NCBI GenBank assembly: GCA_029574005.1
Contig: JAKQBR010000080.1
Location: forward strand, 1-37,510
From: Deltaproteobacteria bacterium
GTDB lineage: Bacteria > Desulfobacterota > Desulfomonilia > UBA1062
Direction: 5' to 3'
Length of the DNA: 37,510 nucleotides
Shown: in pieces, positions 31,330 to 37,510 of the stretch
How positions within the stretch are numbered: the stretch's first letter is position 1
Layout: each line of letters opens with the position of its first letter
Translations under genes and position numbers: made by a program
The notes under the pieces: model-generated
Seen by the model: the letters and a program-made list of their open reading frames with translations, nothing else
Told to the model about the DNA's origin: nothing
The model's database searches: none

Positions 31330-31467
31330 CAGTTCCACCCCTCGCAAAATCTGTATCGTGCCGCAATATCCGCATCGTCATTTTAGCGCCGGGAAATAAG
31401 AGTTTGGCGGAATTTTGACGGAAAGAGGGGGCCCTCTGCGAAACTGAAAAGATTGATGGCAAAGCGG

Positions 31468-31740
31468 CTAGGGGCGATAAACCTTGCTTCGATGTCTGAT
31501 GCGCAGGACCAATATCGTTATTACCGTATCCTCTATCTTACAGATTATACGCCAGTCGCCGACGCGATATTTCCAGAACTCACCCAATCTGGAACCATGC
31601 AAAGCCTGGCCGATCTTGCGTGGATCATCAAGTTGAGCGACTCTTTCATGTAAGAAACTGAGAATCCGATGGGCAACCGGCTTATCGAGCCGGTCTAGGT
31701 CCCGCACGGGTGCAGGATCAAACTCAATCTTCCATGCCAT
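31468..31740 (-). CDS. relE: RelE/StbE-family toxin
   Basis: WKIEF....RDL.RLD...DDPR.IG.AL.G..LGEFWKYRVGDWRII..I.D....ILVLRI.HR..VY. Confidence 0.92.
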   Translation of the reverse strand: MAWKIEFDPAPVRDLDRLDKPVAHRILSFLHERVAQLDDPRKIGQALHGSRLGEFWKYRVGDWRIICKIEDTVITILVLRIRHRSKVYRP

Positions 31741-31948
31741 GACGTTTCATTACGTCTTCTAGTGAAATGGTTTTCTTACTGCCTTTCCGGATTTCTTCCA
31801 GACGTTTTTCAGCCAGGTAAACATCTTCCAGGTCGTCAATATATTCCAGGATTGCCTGCCTGGCATAATAGGTTTTCGTACGTCCGGTAGCTTTAGCCAG
31901 GGCTTCAAGCCGGTCTTCAATTTCTGAGGGAAGTCGGATAGCAAGCAT
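31724..31948 (-). CDS. relB: RelB-type ribbon-helix-helix antitoxin
   Basis: MLAIRLPSEIEDRLEALAKATGRTKTYYARQAILEYIDDLED; overlaps the toxin start; GGAGG RBS. Confidence 0.9.
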   Translation of the reverse strand: MLAIRLPSEIEDRLEALAKATGRTKTYYARQAILEYIDDLEDVYLAEKRLEEIRKGSKKTISLEDVMKRHGMED

Positions 31949-31960
31949 AATCTACCTCCG

Positions 31961-31997
31961 TGATATATGTGTATAGCATATCGGGAGAAAGCGTCAA
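31961..31997 (-). promoter_or_regulatory. relBE promoter with overlapping palindromic operator
   Basis: Minus strand TTGACG-16-TATACA; imperfect palindrome TGATATA-tgtg-TATAGCA (31961-31978) covers the -10 box. Confidence 0.6.
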
Positions 31998-32081
31998 TCC
32001 CGAGAACGGTAGGGTTTGCCAATGGAGGTTATTCTTTGCCTACTTGACAGCCGCCAAGCGCTATGGGAGGTTCCAGGGCAC

Positions 32082-33524
32082 ATGGCTAAGCTACAGGGTT
32101 TCAAGCATCGGTGGGATTCTCAAGGCGGATACCGCGAGTTTTTTGTCCTGGCCTTCCCCCTGATCCTGAGCACGGCCTCGTGGTCGATCCAGAACTTCGT
32201 GGAGCGCATGTTCCTGACCTGGTACTCGCCCGAGGCCATCGCGGCCGCCACCCCGGCCGGCATCCTCAACTTCACGCTCATGAGCCTTTTCATCGGCACG
32301 GCCAGCTACGTGGGCACCTTCGTGGCCCAGTACCACGGCGCCGGGGCGCAGCAGCGCATCGGTCCGGCGGTCTGGCAGGGCATCTATGTCTCGCTCTTAG
32401 GCGCTGTGCTGATCATGGCCTGCATCCCGCTGGCCGCTCCGGTCTTCACCTTTATCGGCCATGACGAGATCGTGCGGCGCTATGAGATCGAATACTTCCA
32501 GATCCTGTGCCTGGCGGCCTTTCCGGTCATCGCCTCGTCGGCCATGGCCGGTTTTTTCTCCGGCCTCGGGCGTCCCTGGCCCGTGATGTGGATCAACACC
32601 CTGACCACGGGGGTCAGTCTGCTGAGCGGCTATACGATGATCTTCGGCCGCTGGGGCAGCCCTGAACTGGGCATCCGCGGCGCGGCCATCGCCATGATCA
32701 TATCCGGCACCTTTTCATTTCTGTGCTACCTGGCCTTGATCCTGCGCCGCGCTGAGGCACGGGAATATGATACCCGGTCAGGCTTCCGCTTCGACCGGCC
32801 GCTCTTTACCCGCATCCTCAGGTTCGGCTTTCCTTCCGGCCTGCAGTTCTGCCTGGACATGGCCGGGTTCACCATATTCGTGCTCCTGATCGGCCGGCTC
32901 GGCACCGCGGCCCTGGCCGCCACCAATATCGCCTTCAACATCAACACCCTGGCCTTCATGCCCATGCTGGGTTCCGGGGTGGCGGTCTCGGTGCTGGTGG
33001 GGCAGTACCTGGGCATGGACCGGCCCGACCTGGCAAAGAAGAGCACCTATACGGGGTTGAAGATCACCGTGGTCTACATGGGGTTCATCGCCGCACTCTA
33101 CGTGCTGGTCCCGCATGTCTTCGTGGATGCCTTCACCCATCGTTCCCAGACCGCCGAGATGGCGGCCATCGGTGACTTGACCGTGGTGCTGCTGCGCTTT
33201 GTGGCCCTGTACTCGCTCTTTGACGGGCTGAGCATCATCATTGCCTCGGCCTTGAAGGGCGCGGGCGATACGCGCTTTGTCATGCTGGCCAATGTTCTGC
33301 TCTCCGGCCTCATGGTGGTCCCCACCTATATCATTGTCATGCACCTCAAGGGCGGCATCATCCCCTGCTGGAGCATTGCTACCGCGTATATCATGGGCCT
33401 GGGCAGCATATTCTTCCTGCGCTTCCGGGCCGGCAAATGGATGAGCATGCGCGTGATCGAACCGCACGTCGCGGCCCTGCCGCCCGGCTGCGCCGAATGC
33501 CCGGATGCGCGGATCGAGCTGTGA
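32082..33524 (+). CDS. MATE-family efflux transporter
   Basis: LAFPLILS, VAQYHGAG, PELGIRGAAIA, RFGFPSGLQ, VGQYLG, ALKGAGDT; ATG 32082. Confidence 0.93.
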   Translation: MAKLQGFKHRWDSQGGYREFFVLAFPLILSTASWSIQNFVERMFLTWYSPEAIAAATPAGILNFTLMSLFIGTASYVGTFVAQYHGAGAQQRIGPAVWQGIYVSLLGAVLIMACIPLAAPVFTFIGHDEIVRRYEIEYFQILCLAAFPVIASSAMAGFFSGLGRPWPVMWINTLTTGVSLLSGYTMIFGRWGSPELGIRGAAIAMIISGTFSFLCYLALILRRAEAREYDTRSGFRFDRPLFTRILRFGFPSGLQFCLDMAGFTIFVLLIGRLGTAALAATNIAFNINTLAFMPMLGSGVAVSVLVGQYLGMDRPDLAKKSTYTGLKITVVYMGFIAALYVLVPHVFVDAFTHRSQTAEMAAIGDLTVVLLRFVALYSLFDGLSIIIASALKGAGDTRFVMLANVLLSGLMVVPTYIIVMHLKGGIIPCWSIATAYIMGLGSIFFLRFRAGKWMSMRVIEPHVAALPPGCAECPDARIEL

Positions 33525-33758
33525 AGCGCATAGCGCGCATGCAACCCTGTACGAAACTCATCCAGGAGCGCCCCATGCAGCCGCAACCAGCCACTGGTTG
33601 TCATGTATTATCCAGATATCTTTGGTGATAGAGCCAATCATGGCATTATTTTGCTTACCATGGAAAACATTTCCCTATCTTGTTCTAGAAAAACCCTGTA
33701 AGTTGTCTTCTGTTTTATTACAAGGCAAGGGGAAAAAATCGATAACACCATAGGCCTT

Positions 33759-33842
33759 GATGGAGATCCCCTTGGCCTTAAAGAAATCGATTGCCGGGCG
33801 GTAACCAAGGCGGGCGGCCTGTTCGAGATCTGCAACGGCCTC
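33759..33842 (-). pseudogene. 84-bp orphan copy of the 3' end of the GSU3473-TPR gene (direct repeat of 35816-35899)
   Basis: 77/84 identical by manual alignment; encodes EAVADLEQAARLGYRPAIDFFKAKGISI; an in-frame TAA lies just upstream and there is no start codon. Confidence 0.9.
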
Positions 33843-33885
33843 GATTTATTTTCAGAAGGAATCATGCATCAGCAGGCGCCAGTCA

Positions 33886-33960
33886 TCGAGGACATGGCCC
33901 GCGCCTACGATGGAATGGGGCGTTTATGGATTGTAACGTAGGAGCGGTCCATGCCCGCGA
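33886..33960. repeat. REP doublet (REPIN-like), degenerate copy
   Basis: tcgaggacatggcccgcgcCTAC (33886-33908) ... GTAGgagcggtccatgcccgcga (33938-33960): inverted GTAG-type REP units. Confidence 0.8.
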
Positions 33961-34017
33961 CATATCGTTCTCTGCCGGGGATAAAAACCTTGTTCGCACA
34001 AAATACGCTTATTTGAT

Positions 34018-34064
34018 TTTTATGCATGCTATGTCGATAAATATTCGACATAGCATGCATAAAA
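34018..34064. promoter_or_regulatory. Perfect 20-bp inverted repeat, likely AbiEi autoregulatory operator
   Basis: ttttatgcatgctatgtcga-taaatat-tcgacatagcatgcataaaa, 75 nt upstream of abiEi. AbiEi antitoxins are known to repress via long promoter inverted repeats. Confidence 0.75.
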
Positions 34065-34138
34065 TGCTAGACAGATAACACACCAACCTTGGGTGCAACG
34101 TTTTTCAGCCGCTGCGATCTACAAAGACAGGAGGCAGA

Positions 34139-34810
34139 GTGCTGTCAACGATCGAACAGATCAGGAAGGGTATAGATCGGGAAGAGTTCGACTATCAGGT
34201 GCTCATTACCACCCTGAAGGGATACTCCCGGCCTAGAGATAAAATAACTGCTCTCCTGAGGGCGGGACAGATCATACGGGTCAGGAAGGGCCTGTACATC
34301 TTTGGTCCTGACTACAGGAGAAGACCATACTCACGGGAAATCCTGGCGAATCTGATCTATGGTCCTTCGTACATCTCCCTGGAATATGCCCTGTCCTACC
34401 ACGGTCTCATTCCGGAACGGGTCGAAACCCTGACCTCTGTTACCACAGGACGGACAAGGACATTCACATCTCCTGTCGGGGTGTTCACCTACCACATGAC
34501 ACCGCTCCCTGCATTCCAGACAGGCATGACAAGAGTCGAGCTGGATGATGGAGGGGCCTTCCTCATGGCCACTCCGGAGAAGGCACTTGTAGACAAGATA
34601 TTCGCTGATCGCACATCGGAGATACGAACCATCAAGGGACTCGAAACATACCTATTCGATGACCTTCGTATAGATCAGGACCTCTTCGACAAGCTCAACC
34701 GGAGCGATATGAACGATTATGTGAATCGCTACGCATCATCCAAGCTGCAACTCCTGGGCAGCCTTCTCCGAAGGCATCAAAGACAGGAGCGTGAGGAAAA
34801 TCATGCATGA
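34139..34810 (+). CDS. abiEi: Type IV TA antitoxin, AbiEi family
   Basis: IIRVRKGLY, PSYISLEYALSYHGLIPE, TSVTT, ATPEKALVD; GTG start after AGGAGG. Confidence 0.85.
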   Translation: MLSTIEQIRKGIDREEFDYQVLITTLKGYSRPRDKITALLRAGQIIRVRKGLYIFGPDYRRRPYSREILANLIYGPSYISLEYALSYHGLIPERVETLTSVTTGRTRTFTSPVGVFTYHMTPLPAFQTGMTRVELDDGGAFLMATPEKALVDKIFADRTSEIRTIKGLETYLFDDLRIDQDLFDKLNRSDMNDYVNRYASSKLQLLGSLLRRHQRQEREENHA

Positions 34811-35669
34811 AGCCGTAATACAGATGCTGCGGAAGTATCCTTTAAACAGGCTTGAGGACTACACCAAGGCACTTCGGGAAATAATCCAGGAGATCGCCCT
34901 ACTGGGCCTGTGGAGGGGCAAATTCTTCGACAAGGCGGCCTTCTATGGAGGTACGGCACTCAGGATTCTTTATGGCCTAGACAGGTTCTCGGAGGATCTC
35001 GATTTCACTCTCCTCCAACCCCTGGATGATTTCGATCTAGGTTCATTTGGATCACATCTGGAGAAGGAACTGAAGGGATTCGGGTTCGAAATGTACGTTG
35101 AACAGAAGAATAGAGCCGCCAAGAGCCCCGTGCAATCGGCCTTCCTGAAGGCTGAAACCTTCAGTCAGATGCTTGTTATCGAGACCGGAGAGGAGATCCT
35201 CAGGCAAATCCCCAAAGGGCAAATGATCAAAATCAAGCTGGAGGTAGACACGAACCCTCCACCGGACTTCTCCACGGAGACGAGATATCTGCTGACACCT
35301 GTACCATTCCCGGTGCGAACCGTTACCTTGCCGGATCTCTTTGCAGGCAAGATGCATGCTGTACTGTTCAGGAGATGGCAGACACGGGTAAAGGGGAGGG
35401 ACTGGTACGATCTGGTGTGGTACCTATCTCATCATCCCGAGTTGCACCTCCACCATCTTGAGGAGAGAATGAGGCAAACAGGCGACTGGGACAGCACCGA
35501 GGAACTGACCGAGCCGGAATTCTTCAGCGTTCTGCATTCAACTATTGATGCCCTGGACATAAACAAGGCCCGAAAAGAGGTAGCACCTTTTGTCAAGGAC
35601 CCGGAAATGCTGTCGATATGGTCCAGGGAATTTTTTCATGATATCGTTTCCAGGATAAAGGTGGCATGA
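34803..35669 (+). CDS. abiEii: Type IV TA toxin, AbiEii-family nucleotidyltransferase
   Basis: FYGGTALR...RFSEDLDF, KLEVD, GKMHA, KGRDWYDL; ATG 34803 overlaps the abiEi end. Confidence 0.92.
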   Translation: MHEAVIQMLRKYPLNRLEDYTKALREIIQEIALLGLWRGKFFDKAAFYGGTALRILYGLDRFSEDLDFTLLQPLDDFDLGSFGSHLEKELKGFGFEMYVEQKNRAAKSPVQSAFLKAETFSQMLVIETGEEILRQIPKGQMIKIKLEVDTNPPPDFSTETRYLLTPVPFPVRTVTLPDLFAGKMHAVLFRRWQTRVKGRDWYDLVWYLSHHPELHLHHLEERMRQTGDWDSTEELTEPEFFSVLHSTIDALDINKARKEVAPFVKDPEMLSIWSREFFHDIVSRIKVA

Positions 35670-35729
35670 TCTGGCGATTGGAATAGCAGAAGACGCCAGA
35701 CAAAAATCATCGCGGATATGGCTAAATCG

Positions 35730-35808
35730 TCGCGGGCATGGCCCGCTCCTACAATGATTGGGATTAGGCGTTTATGGTTCTTGGCGTAGGAGCGGGCCAT
35801 GCCCGCGA
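35730..35808. repeat. REP doublet (REPIN-like), perfect copy
   Basis: tcgcgggcatggcccgctcCTAC (35730-35752) and its exact reverse complement GTAGgagcgggccatgcccgcga (35786-35808); partial third unit atcgcggatatggc at ~35709. Confidence 0.88.
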
Positions 35809-35812
35809 CAAA

Positions 35813-36463
35813 CTAGATGGCGATGCCCTTGGCCTTGAAGAAATCGATTGCCGGGCGGTAACCCAGGCGGGCGGCCTGCTCAAGATCTGCAATGGCCTCA
35901 TCCTCCTGGCCGAGACGTTTGCGGGCCATGCCGCAGAGATAATAGAGCTTGGCGTCGCGCGGGGCCAGGGCCATGGCCTGGCGATAATCATCGATGGCCT
36001 GGTGCAGGTTGCCGATTTTTTCGTAAGTGATGGCTCGATTCAGGTATGCCCGCTCGTTGTCGGGATCGAGGCTGATGGACCGGGCAAAGGCACGCAGGGC
36101 TGCCCTGTCGTCATCTCCATTGTCGGAATGCAAGGCCAGAAACCCACGCTCGAACCACTCATGGGCTGTCAATACCTTCTGGGGTGCGGTGTTCTGCTTG
36201 CGGCGCAGCATTTTCGAAAGCAGGCCGCGAGGCTTCCGGCCTGACCGGTCCGCATCTTCTTCATCAAAAGCACGCCTTTCAGGCCCGCCGTAGTGGTCCA
36301 TCCGCAATCTGATCGGCCCGGTTTCCACGTCGACCCAGGCATCTTCAGAAGGGCGGTAGAAGCGTTTTACTTTGCGCAACCGGATCAGCTCGTCAAGCGT
36401 GACATCATCGACGAGGCCCTCATGACTGTTCCCGTATTGGACACGAACCAGGGTATATTCCAT
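35813..36463 (-). CDS. GSU3473-like N-terminal domain fused to TPR repeats
   Basis: VRVQY.....LV....LDELI....VKRFYR....WV......IR.....YGGPERR; TPRs AYLNRAITYEKIGNLHQAIDDY, LYYLCGMARKRLGQEDEAIADL. Confidence 0.75.
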   Translation of the reverse strand: MEYTLVRVQYGNSHEGLVDDVTLDELIRLRKVKRFYRPSEDAWVDVETGPIRLRMDHYGGPERRAFDEEDADRSGRKPRGLLSKMLRRKQNTAPQKVLTAHEWFERGFLALHSDNGDDDRAALRAFARSISLDPDNERAYLNRAITYEKIGNLHQAIDDYRQAMALAPRDAKLYYLCGMARKRLGQEDEAIADLEQAARLGYRPAIDFFKAKGIAI

Positions 36464-36676
36464 AGCAGTTACCGCCCATTATTCAATAACACTATAATAA
36501 TAACCGCTTGCCCGGAGTCAAGGATAAATTTTACTATGACACTGGAGGAGTTATGCAATTGCCTCGTAACTTACTTTCTCTTATGACTGAACTTGATTTC
36601 CAGCCGCATGCCTCTATACAATCATCACGACATGTACCAAGGCCCGGCAGCTCCATCCGATGCCTTGGCAAGGGAG

Positions 36677-37195
36677 ATGAAGATGAAAACGCTGTGCGCC
36701 TGGTGTAAGACCGAGATGGTCGCCGGCGAGAACAGGGCCGATGAACCGATCAGCCACGGGATCTGCGCGGCCTGCGCCCAGGAGATCCTCCACCTGGAGC
36801 GCGAACCGCTGCGCACCTTCCTTGGCCGTTTTCATGGGCCGGTGCTCCTGGTCGACGCCGACGGCCGGGTCATTACAGCCAATCAGGAGGGCTACGCCGC
36901 CCTGCGCAAAGCTCCTGAAAAGACCGACGGCAACCTGGGCGGCGATGTCATCAACTGCACCCATGCCCGCAAACCCGGGGGCTGCGGCAAGACCGTGCAC
37001 TGTAAGACCTGCACCATCCGCCTGAGCGTGAATGACACCCTGCTGACGGGGCGGGCGCATGTCAAGGTCCCGGCCTACATGGACCTCTACCAGATCACCG
37101 GCGAGACAACGGTCCGCTTCTTGATCACCACCGAAAAGGTCGGCGATACCGTGCTGCTGCGGATCGATGAAGCCAAACCGGAAGACAAGGAATGA
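36677..37195 (+). CDS. Stand-alone Cys-rich PAS-like protein with N-terminal CxxC...HGICxxC motif
   Basis: CAWC...SHGICAAC; PVLLVDADGRVITAN (PAS start); GGDVINC.HA...GCG....C..C.IR. Confidence 0.75.
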   Translation: MKMKTLCAWCKTEMVAGENRADEPISHGICAACAQEILHLEREPLRTFLGRFHGPVLLVDADGRVITANQEGYAALRKAPEKTDGNLGGDVINCTHARKPGGCGKTVHCKTCTIRLSVNDTLLTGRAHVKVPAYMDLYQITGETTVRFLITTEKVGDTVLLRIDEAKPEDKE

Positions 37196-37414
37196 GCGAT
37201 GGAAAAAAGATTTGTTTCACCACCGCGCCACGGAGGGCACAGAGAAAGACAAAGCAGTCTCTGTTCCCGGCATGGCCGGGAAGCATAAATGCCTTCTCTC
37301 GTAGTCACCCACTGTGTGATTCGGTGCATCCATGCACCTCACCCTAAAGGGTGCACTGATGAGCGACGCGAAAAGTCAGCGCGAAATGTTGAGAAAAGTG
37401 GCCGCCAAAAAGTG

Positions 37415-37491
37415 TTTGACAGGGTCAAAGTATTTTTGAAAATAACAGCTGCGCCGGTGTGTTTTTGACATCAAACTATTTTTGAAAATAA
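37415..37491. repeat. Tandem duplicated operator-like box
   Basis: tttgac-agg-gtcaaa-g-tatttttgaaaataa (37415-37445) and tttga-ca-tcaaa-c-tatttttgaaaataa (37464-37491). Confidence 0.6.
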
Positions 37492-37510
37492 ATGGCGCAG
37501 AGGTGTTATT

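Noticed and set aside
33759-35899. Diversity-generating retroelement TR/VR pair (repeat at the 3' end of a gene)
   Set aside because: Mismatches are not adenine-specific on either strand, they are mostly synonymous, and there is no reverse transcriptase in the window.
37415-37510. CRISPR array start
   Set aside because: Only two non-identical units, an 18-nt gap between them, and no cas genes in the window.

Overview
GC-rich bacterial chromosome segment whose gene content points to an anaerobic deltaproteobacterium (Desulfobacterota/Syntrophales-like); this assignment is inference. From left to right: two sigma-54 response regulators flanking a large exported TPR protein (resembling the head of a flagellar cluster), ihfB, rluB, an MCP, a five-tRNA operon (Pro-Arg-His-Arg-Lys), ybeY/phoH, queD-folE2-PurM/HypE-like gene, GNAT, TraB, lpxH, M23 peptidase, SPFH, TrmH, a J-domain/MinD-FlhG fusion, DUF166, an AhpD/CMD-like gene, a CCG Fe-S protein, pgk-tpiA-secG, a 2-oxoacid:ferredoxin oxidoreductase operon, a second TPR protein, RelBE, MATE, AbiEi/AbiEii, GSU3473-TPR and a Cys-rich PAS protein. 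Two signals stand out. (1) The ORF track splits the AhpD-like gene in two, but it reads as one frame with an in-frame TGA in a CxxU motif followed by a SECIS-like hairpin, i.e. a probable selenoprotein (20337-20864). (2) A ~2 kb integrase-less AbiE toxin-antitoxin cassette is bracketed by two homologous REP doublets and by an 84-bp, mostly synonymously diverged duplicate of the 3' end of the neighbouring gene.
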